Shown: piece by piece, positions 1-8,804 of the stretch
Layout of the letters: each line of letters opens with the position of its first letter
Position numbering within the stretch: the stretch's first letter is position 1
DNA from: Calditrichia bacterium
GTDB taxonomy: Bacteria; Calditrichota; Calditrichia; RBG-13-44-9
DNA: 57,856 nucleotides
Assembly (NCBI GenBank): GCA_037381445.1
Contig: JARRQT010000001.1
Span: 19,567-77,422, forward strand
Direction: 5' to 3'
Position numbers and translations under genes: made by a program
The notes under the pieces: generated by a model
Database searches by the model: none
What the model was told of the DNA's origin: nothing
The model's input: the letters and a program-made list of their open reading frames with translations, nothing else

Positions 1-261
1 ATTTCGAAATCCGGCTTGAATTGGGAAAAAGGCTTTCAGATAAGAATTAATCATGAGGCCCCTATGAAGTTGTTTTATAAGCAGTTATATCAGGCTAATC
101 AGAATAGGCGGCACTATTATCGCTTTTTTAAATACGGAAAGGAAATGCTGTCGGCTTGGTATGAGAGGCATTCGAAAATCTTTATACGCACCGGTTCTGG
201 AGGCAAAAATCATCTTCTGGAAAAAGGACATGTTCAGTGGAACCGAAAAGGAAGATGGTAG
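1..261 (+). CDS. 3' end of an unidentified ORF open to the window edge (hypothetical, partial)
   Basis: Frame is open from base 1 to TAG 259-261. Product is basic and aromatic-rich (..WYERHSKIFIRTGSGGKNH..) with no motif I recognise. A strong hairpin follows at 301-333. May be non-coding. Confidence 0.3.
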   Translation: MSKSGLNWEKGFQIRINHEAPMKLFYKQLYQANQNRRHYYRFFKYGKEMLSAWYERHSKIFIRTGSGGKNHLLEKGHVQWNRKGRW

Positions 262-300
262 CCAGGCTTCAGGTGAAATGACTGATATTGCATATCTTGA

Positions 301-333
301 GGAGGTTCGAAGTGAAGATAACTTCGGACCTCC
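301..333. terminator. Hairpin between convergent genes (putative bidirectional terminator)
   Basis: GGAGGTTCGAAGT-gaagata-ACTTCGGACCTCC: 13-bp stem with one G-U pair and a 7-nt loop, between the stop at 261 (+) and the stop at 378 (-). No clean U-tract. Confidence 0.45.
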
Positions 334-377
334 TTAAAGCAAAATGGAAGCCCGAGAAAATGAACTTAATTGATTGT

Positions 378-1799
378 TTATATAGCGGATAGATTTAATT
401 TGATGAATTTTAGTATTCCGAGTCTCTTTTTGTCATAATTCGCTTCCAGGAACTTCTCAATAATTTCTTCCATAATATTGGCCTCACGCAACATTTTTGC
501 AAGCTCATCGCGTTTTTTGTCCTGATTATCATAATAGATATTCTTGGCTTTTTCATTATCCCGCACCACGATTTTGTCTAATGCAGTTTTTTTCCTCTCG
601 GTGGCATCATGAATAATACTATTGGTTTTATTAACGTGGCTTTTAATAGCACCGGCATTTATACGATCGTCCTTGATAATTTCCAAATGGCGCAGACGGC
701 TGATCAGAAAATCCCGATACGCGATAGCCTTGCTGAGCAATTTGTTTAAATAAAACAGCTCTTTTTCAAAATCATTGAGCTGGCCATAGAGGTAACCAAC
801 CATTCGATACAAGCGGAAGGTCTTGAGCTTTTTCTCTTCAAAAAAATTCGACTCAATGATTTTAAGATAGGATTCGATTGCTTTTTGGATAGCGCCATCT
901 TCATTGACCGGCATTTCGGGCCATATTCCTTTTATCTGAAGCAAATATTCACCATAGCTGGAAAATTCATAAAAGGGCGATTCGATTTTTTCTCCATGAT
1001 AATTGCCGGCCTGTTTTTTAAATGCTAAGCCGATCTGATAAGATTCATGAAGGCCGGATAATACATCATTAAGATTTCTGGATATATTGAGAAAAAGGTT
1101 ATGCAAATTTTCTTTCTCGTTCTGTAAGGCAGCATTTTTGTGATGCAGTTTAATTGAAGCCTCCTTTTCCAGCCATTTTTTCATTTCACTGGCATTGGAA
1201 AGTGAATTGGTAATTGAAGTCTGGAGGTTTTCATATTTTGACATGAAGTCATCAAAACCGGTTTTTTGTTCATTGGATTTCCGATCTCTTTCAAGGCGGA
1301 AAATCCAGGAAAGACGGTGATAATAACGGGCAACTTTTTCAAAATTAATTTGCTTTTCATCTGGTAACAACTGGATATATATGGCTAAAAGATGCAGCGA
1401 GAGGGTTGAAGGATAATCCGGGTAAGGATAGCGGATATAAGAGCCCAGCATTTTTATGATTTCATCCGAAGCAGCACTCTGCTGATAGATGTTAATGACG
1501 GAGGCATCCTCATTGGTGTCTGCCGATTTTGAGCTTAAAAAAACGTTGCGTTCCCCGGTAAAGCCGCAAAAAATGCAGTGCCAGAAATGGAAATAATATG
1601 GATGAAAATGCTCCAGAAACGGATCTGTCCATCGAAACCGGCTGATAAAGCTGTCATCCTGTTTTTCATCGATAGACAGCGCCTCATCTTTAAGGTGAAC
1701 ATGCGCTGATTTTCTGCCGCAGACCGGACAGTGCACTTCCTTTTCCAGATAGACATCCAGATTTTCGTCTAATTCGAATTTATTTCCACCAAAAACCAT
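378..1799 (-). CDS. DUF2225-like zinc-ribbon protein with a long helical/coiled-coil C-terminal extension
   Basis: 473-aa ORF with ATG start. The N-terminus has two CxxC pairs in the DUF2225 arrangement (CPVCGRKS ... DDSFISRFRW..P..YYFHFWHCIFCGFTG). The remainder is K/E/L-rich and helical. Confidence 0.65.
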   Translation of the reverse strand: MVFGGNKFELDENLDVYLEKEVHCPVCGRKSAHVHLKDEALSIDEKQDDSFISRFRWTDPFLEHFHPYYFHFWHCIFCGFTGERNVFLSSKSADTNEDASVINIYQQSAASDEIIKMLGSYIRYPYPDYPSTLSLHLLAIYIQLLPDEKQINFEKVARYYHRLSWIFRLERDRKSNEQKTGFDDFMSKYENLQTSITNSLSNASEMKKWLEKEASIKLHHKNAALQNEKENLHNLFLNISRNLNDVLSGLHESYQIGLAFKKQAGNYHGEKIESPFYEFSSYGEYLLQIKGIWPEMPVNEDGAIQKAIESYLKIIESNFFEEKKLKTFRLYRMVGYLYGQLNDFEKELFYLNKLLSKAIAYRDFLISRLRHLEIIKDDRINAGAIKSHVNKTNSIIHDATERKKTALDKIVVRDNEKAKNIYYDNQDKKRDELAKMLREANIMEEIIEKFLEANYDKKRLGILKFIKLNLSAI

Positions 1800-1924
1800 A
1801 ATTAAATCCTTTATTCTTATATAATAGTCGAAATATTTTTCTAAATATTAAGCTGTGACTTAAAATAAAGAATGGGGAAACTTTAGGAATTACAAAGGTA
1901 TACTCTAATAAAATATCTATTTTC

Positions 1925-1953
1925 TTGACATAAAATACCGCTATGCGTATTTT
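1925..1953 (+). promoter_or_regulatory. sigma70-like promoter for the RnfB-like gene
   Basis: TTGACA (1925-1930), 17-nt spacer, TATTTT (1948-1953), about 30 nt upstream of the GTG start, which is preceded by GGAAGG. Confidence 0.45.
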
Positions 1954-1985
1954 TTCGCAGGTTTTTAAGAAAGGAAGGTAAGAAA

Positions 1986-2837
1986 GTGAATGTTCAAGTT
2001 TTTTCTTCTCTCATAACTTTAGGTGGTTTAGGGCTGCTCTTTGGGGCTATTTTGGCATTTGCTTCCCGAATTTTTTACGTGGAAAAAGATCCGCGTATAG
2101 AAAAAATAAATGAATTCTTGCCGCAAGCCAATTGCGGTGGCTGTGGATTTCCGGGATGTTCAAATTACGCAGAAGCGATTGTGAATGAGAATGCCAACAT
2201 TAGCCTGTGCGCGCCGGGCGGTGAAGATGTCGTTAAAAAAATAGCGGACATCCTGGGAGTAGAAGCTGAAGCCGGAACACCCATGGTCGCAGTGGTGCGC
2301 TGCCAGGGTGCCCATGGAATAGCAAAAGATAAATTTAAATATGAGGGAATAGAAGACTGTAATGCTGAAGTACTTATTCAGGGCGGTCACAAGGCCTGCG
2401 AATTTGGATGCCTTGGCCATGGATCCTGCGTGAAGGCCTGCCCGTTTGATGCGATGATGATGCAGGATAATGGTCTTCCCTATGTGTTCGAAGATAAATG
2501 CACTGCCTGCGGCATTTGCGTTGAGGAATGCCCCAAGGGGATTATGCAGCTCGTGCCGCGTTCCCAGAAGACCTTTTTGGGCTGCGTAAATCAGAATGCC
2601 GCTAAAGCAGTTCGCCAGGTATGCTCAGTCGGTTGTATCGGATGCGCCTTATGCACCAAGCCAAAGATCACACCCTCAGAAAAGCTGCTCATGGAAAACA
2701 ACCTGCCGGTCATTCCGGCGGACTGGGAGGATTTCGATTTGGCGGTTGAAAAATGCCCGACTAACTCATTCGTCGTCAGAATACCTCACCCGAAAGACCA
2801 AGCAGAATCACCTGTAGCAGAAGAAGCACAAGCCTAA
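1986..2837 (+). CDS. RnfB-like Fe-S protein (electron transport complex subunit B family, polyferredoxin tail)
   Basis: N-terminal TM helix, then LPQANCGGCGFPGCSNYAEAIV..CAPGG, collinear with the RnfB/RsxB N-terminus. Followed by CxxCxxCxxxCP-type clusters (CTACGICVEECP, CIGCALC..). GTG start. Confidence 0.85.
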   Translation: MNVQVFSSLITLGGLGLLFGAILAFASRIFYVEKDPRIEKINEFLPQANCGGCGFPGCSNYAEAIVNENANISLCAPGGEDVVKKIADILGVEAEAGTPMVAVVRCQGAHGIAKDKFKYEGIEDCNAEVLIQGGHKACEFGCLGHGSCVKACPFDAMMMQDNGLPYVFEDKCTACGICVEECPKGIMQLVPRSQKTFLGCVNQNAAKAVRQVCSVGCIGCALCTKPKITPSEKLLMENNLPVIPADWEDFDLAVEKCPTNSFVVRIPHPKDQAESPVAEEAQA

Positions 2838-2845
2838 AAATTCCG

Positions 2846-2882
2846 ATCCCCCGACAGAAGAATTCCGCCGGGGGATTCTTTC
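2846..2882 (+). terminator. Rho-independent terminator candidate after the RnfB-like gene
   Basis: ATCCCCCG-15 nt-CGGGGGAT: perfect 8-bp GC-rich stem followed by TCTTTC. Confidence 0.5.
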
Positions 2883-2903
2883 ATAGATAAAAGTTCTTAA
2901 ATT

Positions 2904-3695
2904 ATGTCACGTCAAATATTGGGATTGCTCATCGATATTGATGGTGTACTCATCACTGACGGCCAGCGTCTGCCCGGAGCCGCTGAAACGATTCAATTCC
3001 TGAATGACAGCCAATTCCCTTATCTTCTGGTGACCAATACCACCCGCAAAAACAGGATCACCATCTGGCATCAGCTCAAACGGGTGGGGATTTCAGTGCA
3101 TGAGAGCCAGATTCATACCGCACCACTGGCTGCAGTTAGTTGGCTAAAGAATAAGGGGGCCCAGAATATTTTTCTCCTCCTTTCGGGAAGCGCGGTGAAA
3201 GATTTCAAGGATTTTAAAATAACCACCGGGAATACGGAATATGTTGTGATTGGGGATATGGGCCAGGATTTGACATTTGAGCGGTTGAATACGGCTTTTC
3301 GCTTGATCATGCGGGGTGCGAAAATTATTGCACTGCAGAAGAACCGTTACTGGCAAACTGGTGAAGGTTTGACGATGGATGCAGGGGCGGTCGTCGCCGC
3401 CCTGGAATATGCATCCCGGAAACGGGCACTGGTAATCGGGAAGCCCAGGAAAGATTTTTTTCTGGAAGCGGCGCATACCCTTGGAATACCGCCTGACAAC
3501 CTGGCAATGATCGGAGACGATCTGGAATCGGATATCCAGGGTGCGCAGGAGGCCGGACTTATGGGAATTACTGTCAGAACGGGAAAATTTCGGGAGGCTG
3601 AGCTGAAACAATCGAAAATAAGACCGGACAAGATATTGAAATCTATTGCGGAGCTGCCGGACTTTATTATGCAAAACAGAGGAGATTTGTCATGA
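2904..3695 (+). CDS. HAD-superfamily subfamily IIA hydrolase (sugar/pyrophosphate phosphatase-like)
   Basis: HAD motifs in order: LIDIDGVL (DxDG), [16 protein letters not shown]. 263 aa. Confidence 0.75.
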   Translation: MSRQILGLLIDIDGVLITDGQRLPGAAETIQFLNDSQFPYLLVTNTTRKNRITIWHQLKRVGISVHESQIHTAPLAAVSWLKNKGAQNIFLLLSGSAVKDFKDFKITTGNTEYVVIGDMGQDLTFERLNTAFRLIMRGAKIIALQKNRYWQTGEGLTMDAGAVVAALEYASRKRALVIGKPRKDFFLEAAHTLGIPPDNLAMIGDDLESDIQGAQEAGLMGITVRTGKFREAELKQSKIRPDKILKSIAELPDFIMQNRGDLS

Positions 3696-4006
3696 TTGTT
3701 ACAACCACACCCACCATTGAAGGAAGGCAGATTCTGGAATACAAAGGTATAGTTACGGGCGAAGCAATCATGGGCGCGAATGTGGTTCGTGATATATTTG
3801 CCAGCATCACGGATATTGTGGGCGGCCGGTCTGATGCTTATGAAACCAAACTGGCTGATGCCCGCCAGGTCGCGCTGAAGGAAATGGAAGACCAGGCAGC
3901 CGGATTGAGGGCCAATGCTATCGTCGGCGTGGATCTGGATTATGAGGTGGTCCGGGAAGGGATGCTGATGGTCTCTGCCAGCGGCACCGCAGTGATAGTC
4001 AAATAA
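3692..4006 (+). CDS. YbjQ/UPF0145 family protein
   Basis: 104 aa. [46 protein letters not shown] is typical of the YbjQ family. ATGA overlap with the HAD gene. Confidence 0.8.
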   Translation: MIVTTTPTIEGRQILEYKGIVTGEAIMGANVVRDIFASITDIVGGRSDAYETKLADARQVALKEMEDQAAGLRANAIVGVDLDYEVVREGMLMVSASGTAVIVK

Positions 4007-4059
4007 GCAGTGATTTTCAATCCGGACTATATATTTTAAAACAAATACGAAAGGCGCTG

Positions 4060-4689
4060 ATGAGGAAAAAATTTTATCCGGCAATCTTTATTTTAGTATT
4101 AATATTAAGTTTTGTGGCCTGCCAAAGTAAAAAGTATAGCCCGGAGCAGAAAGCAATTATCACTCAGATCGAGAGAGAACGGGCTGAAAAGGACAGCGCT
4201 TTCCGCGCCGCTGAATGGTCACCGTTGCTGTCGGAAGATAAGAATCATTTTGAGGGATTAAAGTATTATCCGATCGATCTTTCTCTTAGATTTGAAGGCC
4301 CCATTGTAAAATATGATTCAACCATTCTGGATACCATCATCGGGACAAAAGGGGATTTGAGGCCTTCCCTGAAATATGGTTATTTCCCATTCACCTATGA
4401 AGACAAAGAATATCGGCTGCAGATTTATAAGATCCTGCGTGACAAACCGGAACTGAACGAATATCTGTTTCTGGGATTCACTGACCAGACTACGGGCCAG
4501 GAGACCTATGGCGCCGGACGATATATCGATTTAACTGAAAATCCGGAAAACCAGTACGTGGTTGATTTCAACCTGGCTTATAATCCCTATTGCGCATACA
4601 ACCCGCGCTACACCTGTGCCATTCCACCCGATGAAAACCATCTGCCGTTCCCGGTCCGTGCCGGCGAGAAGATTTTCAAGGAACATTAA
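4060..4689 (+). CDS. DUF1684 family lipoprotein
   Basis: Signal peptide with lipobox (LSFVAC). C-terminal YNPYCAYNPRYTCAIPPDENHL..RAGEK matches the DUF1684 signature. Confidence 0.75.
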   Translation: MRKKFYPAIFILVLILSFVACQSKKYSPEQKAIITQIERERAEKDSAFRAAEWSPLLSEDKNHFEGLKYYPIDLSLRFEGPIVKYDSTILDTIIGTKGDLRPSLKYGYFPFTYEDKEYRLQIYKILRDKPELNEYLFLGFTDQTTGQETYGAGRYIDLTENPENQYVVDFNLAYNPYCAYNPRYTCAIPPDENHLPFPVRAGEKIFKEH

Positions 4690-4690
4690 G

Positions 4691-4730
4691 AAAAGAGGCA
4701 GACACACATCCCGTGCATCCGCCTCTTTTG
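4691..4730 (+). terminator. Terminator-like hairpin after the DUF1684 gene
   Basis: AAAAGAGGC-21 nt-GCCTCTTTT: 9-bp stem whose 3' arm runs into a T-tract. The large loop lowers confidence. Confidence 0.35.
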
Positions 4731-4830
4731 ATGGAGGTAAATATGAGGTAATATTTACATCTCTTTTAATTCACAGAATGGATTGTGGTTTCATGAATTT
4801 TCAATTTTTAAGATTTCAACAGAGCAAAAT

Positions 4831-5337
4831 ATGAAAGCACAAGTTTATCACTCAGAAATTGACTCACCTCTGGGACGATTGTCCGTTTTTGCCACTGAAA
4901 AGGGGGTGGTGAGGCTAACCTGGAAAGAAGCGGCGGGTGACCTTCTCCTCGAGAATATTACCAAAAATTCAACCCTGCACTGGAACTCTGGCAATGAGCC
5001 AACCCGACTTGCCTGCAGACAACTGGAATTATATTTTAACGGATATCTCAGAGAATTTGATGTTCCTCTTGATTTGGAGGGAACCGCTTTCCAGTTAAGG
5101 GTGTGGGAGCAGTTATGCCGGATTCCCTTCGGGACGGCCATAAGTTACCAGCAGTTGGCGGAAGCGGTGGATAATCCTCAGGCGATGCGGGCAGTGGGCA
5201 ATGCAAATGGCCGCAATCCGGTACCGATCCTTGTTCCCTGCCACAGGGTGATTCAAAAGGACGGTTCAATTGGCGGGTATTCGGGAGGCATTCATATTAA
5301 GAAGTGGCTTCTGAATCATGAGGGGCTGCAATTTTAG
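4831..5337 (+). CDS. ogt: Methylated-DNA--protein-cysteine methyltransferase
   Basis: Active-site PCHRV within NPVPILVPCHRVI, plus upstream ..AISYQQLA.. and NANGRNP. Start set at ATG 4831 (MKAQVYH) rather than the longer track ORF. Confidence 0.85.
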   Translation: MKAQVYHSEIDSPLGRLSVFATEKGVVRLTWKEAAGDLLLENITKNSTLHWNSGNEPTRLACRQLELYFNGYLREFDVPLDLEGTAFQLRVWEQLCRIPFGTAISYQQLAEAVDNPQAMRAVGNANGRNPVPILVPCHRVIQKDGSIGGYSGGIHIKKWLLNHEGLQF

Positions 5338-5369
5338 CGTTCGCCAGCGGGAATAGAATTCCCCGAAAG

Positions 5370-6569
5370 TTATGCCTTCCGTATATCCAGAATAATCCGG
5401 AACGTTGATCCGGCTCCAGCCTGGGAATCTTTCAACCGAATTGAGCCCCCGTGATATTCCTCTATAATTCTTTTCACCAGACTCAGGCCCAGGCCCCATC
5501 CGCGCTTTTTGCTGCTGTAACCCGGTTTGAATATATTTTTTCTTTCCTTTCCCGAAATTCCTTTCCCGGTATCCTGAACATCAATATATATTTTTTCTTT
5601 GCTCAGATAATCCGCACGAATGGAGATGCTGCCTCCGTTTCCTTCCATGGCATCCAGCGCATTTTTGATCAGATTTTCCAGGACCCATGAAAAGAGGTCC
5701 CGGTTGATGAGCAGCGGCGGAATGTGGGGATTGACATCCGCCTGTATGGAAATTTTGTTGTTGCCTTTGGGGAGGCGTCTTTCAAAGTATTGAATGAGTT
5801 CATCAAGGATGGCGTTGAGATTTTCCTCCTGAAATTCCGGTACCGAGCCAATTTGCGAAAAACGGTTGGTTACTTTCTGCAATCGACCCAAGTCTCTTTC
5901 GATATCGGGAATAATGTCAATGACTCTCTCCGGGGAGGATTTAATATATTCGGTCCAGCCGATAAGAGAGGATAACGGCGTGCCCAATTGATGGGCGGTT
6001 TCCTTGGCCATTCCCACCCAGATAAAACGCTCCTCGCTCTTTTTAATGGAACTGAATCCTGAATATCCGATGAGTATAAACAGGGCCACCACAAGTATCT
6101 CGATATATGGCAGCCAGCGCAGTTTTTGAATGATATGGGACTGACCGTAATGATAGTAACCTAATACCGTCCCCTGATATGAGATGGGGATGGGCGGATT
6201 GATCTTATCAAACGACTTTATCATTTTTTCCAGCATTTTAAGCGTATCCGGGGGAAGCGGCCGTCTGGTGATACGGGGGATATCAATATTCTTCCAATCG
6301 GCGGGTTCGCCGTCGGATGTGGTATAAATGATGGGGTAATCCGCCTGCTGGATCACTTCGTTGAAGAAAAAACTCAGATCCTGATTTTCATCCGAGTTGA
6401 TGTTCTTTTCAAATATTTTGATGCGGAAATTAAGAAATTCACGGGACTGTTTTTCCAGAGAATTGACAAGAGTTTGCGTGTAATAGAGAAATCCCAATAT
6501 CAAAAAAACGGCCACGATGAATAAAATGCTTTTAAAATTTCCTTTGAATCGATAGACGTTTCGGGCCAT
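5370..6569 (-). CDS. Sensor histidine kinase (two TM helices, periplasmic loop, HisKA + HATPase_c), orphan
   Basis: H-box HQLGTPLSSLIGW, N-box NLIKNALDAM, G1 DTGKGI, G2 GWGLGLSL. No response regulator is adjacent. Confidence 0.85.
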   Translation of the reverse strand: MARNVYRFKGNFKSILFIVAVFLILGFLYYTQTLVNSLEKQSREFLNFRIKIFEKNINSDENQDLSFFFNEVIQQADYPIIYTTSDGEPADWKNIDIPRITRRPLPPDTLKMLEKMIKSFDKINPPIPISYQGTVLGYYHYGQSHIIQKLRWLPYIEILVVALFILIGYSGFSSIKKSEERFIWVGMAKETAHQLGTPLSSLIGWTEYIKSSPERVIDIIPDIERDLGRLQKVTNRFSQIGSVPEFQEENLNAILDELIQYFERRLPKGNNKISIQADVNPHIPPLLINRDLFSWVLENLIKNALDAMEGNGGSISIRADYLSKEKIYIDVQDTGKGISGKERKNIFKPGYSSKKRGWGLGLSLVKRIIEEYHGGSIRLKDSQAGAGSTFRIILDIRKA

Positions 6570-6785
6570 GATATATTTTCCTGTTCATCAACAACTTATA
6601 AAGTTAGTTGGACGAAACCGCTATTTCAAGCATCAAAATTTAAGCGGCCAAAGTTTACTAAAACCAACTGATTTGATGCGCGCGGTTCAGGAAAAGCCAA
6701 TTACCAATAAATAATATTCAGTGGAAAAAAGGGTTTCTATTCAGGGAATAAAGCGTTATTTTACTTAAAAATACGAGGATGGCTC

Positions 6786-7277
6786 ATGAAGAATATTTAT
6801 CTGAGCTGGGATGAATATTTTATGGGGATTGCGGTCTTCACTTCACTTCGTTCAAAGGACCCCAGCAGCAAGGTTGGTGCGGTCATTGTCAATCGGAAGA
6901 ACCGAATTGTGGGAACAGGATACAACGGGTTTGTAGCCGGAATTGATGAAACGATGTTTAGTTGGGAACGGGAAGGCGACTGGCTGCAGACCAAATATCC
7001 GTACGTGGTACACGCGGAAGCCAACGCCATTTTGAATTCGACCACAAGTAATCTGGAGGGTTGCCGGATTTATGCCACTCTTTTTCCCTGCAATGAATGC
7101 GCAAAGCAGATCGCTCAGAAAGAAATAGAAGAAGTCATCTATATTTCAGATAAACATCGGGATAAGGATTTTCATCTTGCTTCTGTTAAGATTTTTGAGT
7201 CGGCCGGGATAAAAATGCGGCAATTGCAAATGCCGCCCCTCACCGATATTTTGAAAAATTTTACGGAGTATATATAA
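6786..7277 (+). CDS. Deoxycytidylate (dCMP) deaminase
   Basis: Zinc-binding motifs VHAEANAI and PCNECAK. 163 aa, typical for dCMP deaminase/ComEB. Confidence 0.85.
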   Translation: MKNIYLSWDEYFMGIAVFTSLRSKDPSSKVGAVIVNRKNRIVGTGYNGFVAGIDETMFSWEREGDWLQTKYPYVVHAEANAILNSTTSNLEGCRIYATLFPCNECAKQIAQKEIEEVIYISDKHRDKDFHLASVKIFESAGIKMRQLQMPPLTDILKNFTEYI

Positions 7278-7372
7278 TCAAAAATGTTTTGGAATGGTGC
7301 CGGGAGAATTCTGCAAATTGAGATTATAGAGAAGAAAATTTTCCGGAATTGATATCATCAGCACCTTCATTA

Positions 7373-7401
7373 TTGACAAAAATCTTAAACTTTCTTAAAA
7401 T
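7373..7401 (+). promoter_or_regulatory. sigma70-like promoter for the 408-aa membrane protein gene
   Basis: TTGACA (7373-7378), 17-nt spacer, TAAAAT (7396-7401). Strong SD AAGAGGAGG lies 4-5 nt before ATG 7453. Confidence 0.5.
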
Positions 7402-7452
7402 TACAACTGCTTTATTTAATTATTATTATCCTGGTAATTAAGAGGAGGCACT

Positions 7453-8679
7453 ATGAAAGGTATGCATTACAATTTCAAGGATATTTTCCGCGCTGCCCGA
7501 ATCGGTTTCAGTTTGCAGCGAATCTGGATTAACGGGCTGGGACTTCTGGCGTCCTATATTGTTTATCTGGTATTGACCTATGTAGCTCTGCTGGCCGGGG
7601 GACATAGTCTGGGCTCCATCTGGTTTAAATTTGGATTGCTGCCTTGTGTTTTTGCGTCGGGTATTCCCTGGTATGCCTGGATCATCTACGTGATCGGGGT
7701 GATCATATCTCTTGCCATTATTCTCATGACAAACACAGCAGTATCGCGGGCGGTTTATATGGTGCTCCGTGAAGAGCTGTTCTACACCTGGACGCAGGCA
7801 TTTAAGTTTGCCCTGAAAAAATGGATTTCTGTTTTGGGTGCCATGGTCACTTTCATTTTTATGATAGCTTTTTTTGTGGTTGCGGCAATTATCATGGGGC
7901 TGATCGGCCAGATACCCTATGTGGGCGAGCTTGGCACAACCTTCCTGACTATTCCCTATGTACTTTCTGCCGTTCTGTTATTTTTCATTATTATTGTTTT
8001 CGGCGTGGCTGGTTTCTTTGTTCCCGCCATCATTGCAACTTCTGACGAAGACGCGCTGGGAGGCGTTTTTCAGTCATTCAGCATCTCGTTCAATCAGCCC
8101 TGGCGGATCGTAGTGTACGGGGCGATGGTAATCGTTCTGGAAGCGGTTGGCATCTTTCTGTTCGCTGCTGCTCTGAAGATATCTTACTGGATATTCATCT
8201 GGCTGTTTTCACTAGGAATGGGAGAAAAAATCCTGGTGATTCAGAGCTATGCCCTTTATATCATCGATCAGGCAATACCCGCAGTCTACGGGTGGATTCA
8301 TTCCATCCTGGGAGACGTCGGAAATTGGGTCTATCTGATTCATCACCATGCCGCTCCACCGTCCGTTCCGGCAACGTACGCCATTTCTTCCTATATGCTG
8401 GCAATTTTTCTGATTTTCATTGGCGGATCGGTTTTGGCCTACGGAGAAGCAATTGGGAATGCGGGATTGACCCTGATCTATATTATTCTCTATCAGAAGC
8501 AGGAAAAGGAGAGTCTGCTGGAGCGGGAAGATGAGGAATTAAAAGAGGAAGAGGAGGAGGAAGGGGAGAGCGAAACGAATGCGGGAACCGAAGAAAAGTC
8601 CGGAGAGGATAACGAGACCATTTCCCCGAATGAAGAGGAGGATTCGAATAACGAAGAGGACGATGCAGAAAAGGAATAA
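7453..8679 (+). CDS. Polytopic membrane protein of unknown function with a poly-acidic C-terminal tail
   Basis: About 8-10 hydrophobic segments, then a roughly 55-residue E/D-rich tail (EREDEELKEEEEEEGESE...EEDDAEKE). Strong SD. I recognise no family. Confidence 0.7.
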   Translation: MKGMHYNFKDIFRAARIGFSLQRIWINGLGLLASYIVYLVLTYVALLAGGHSLGSIWFKFGLLPCVFASGIPWYAWIIYVIGVIISLAIILMTNTAVSRAVYMVLREELFYTWTQAFKFALKKWISVLGAMVTFIFMIAFFVVAAIIMGLIGQIPYVGELGTTFLTIPYVLSAVLLFFIIIVFGVAGFFVPAIIATSDEDALGGVFQSFSISFNQPWRIVVYGAMVIVLEAVGIFLFAAALKISYWIFIWLFSLGMGEKILVIQSYALYIIDQAIPAVYGWIHSILGDVGNWVYLIHHHAAPPSVPATYAISSYMLAIFLIFIGGSVLAYGEAIGNAGLTLIYIILYQKQEKESLLEREDEELKEEEEEEGESETNAGTEEKSGEDNETISPNEEEDSNNEEDDAEKE

Positions 8680-8774
8680 AACGATTTCCTCCCGGAAGAA
8701 AGCTCGACTTTTGTGGCGGGAGCGGTTTGATCTGCTCTCGCCACATTTTAGAAAAAATGAATGCACACGCAGAC

Positions 8775-8804
8775 GCCCTGAAATATATCAGGGCATTTTT
8801 ATTT
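8775..8804 (+). terminator. Rho-independent terminator
   Basis: GCCCTGA-aatata-TCAGGGC: perfect 7-bp stem followed by ATTTTTATTT. A second hairpin (TGGCGGGAGC..GCTCTCGCCA) precedes it at about 8713-8744. Confidence 0.6.

Noticed and set aside
301-333. GGTTCGAAG, resembling a tRNA T-loop
   Set aside because: It is part of a simple 13-bp hairpin. There are no acceptor, D or anticodon arms around it, and it sits between convergent stops. I called it a terminator-like hairpin.
3144-4084. 176-aa and 245-aa minus-strand ORFs over the HAD and YbjQ genes
   Set aside because: They overlap two plus-strand genes that have clear family motifs. The products are Cys/Arg/Ser-rich nonsense.
8483-8766. Three overlapping minus-strand ORFs (75-87 aa) in all three frames
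   Set aside because: They are an artefact of the GA-rich low-complexity sequence encoding the acidic tail of the plus-strand membrane protein.
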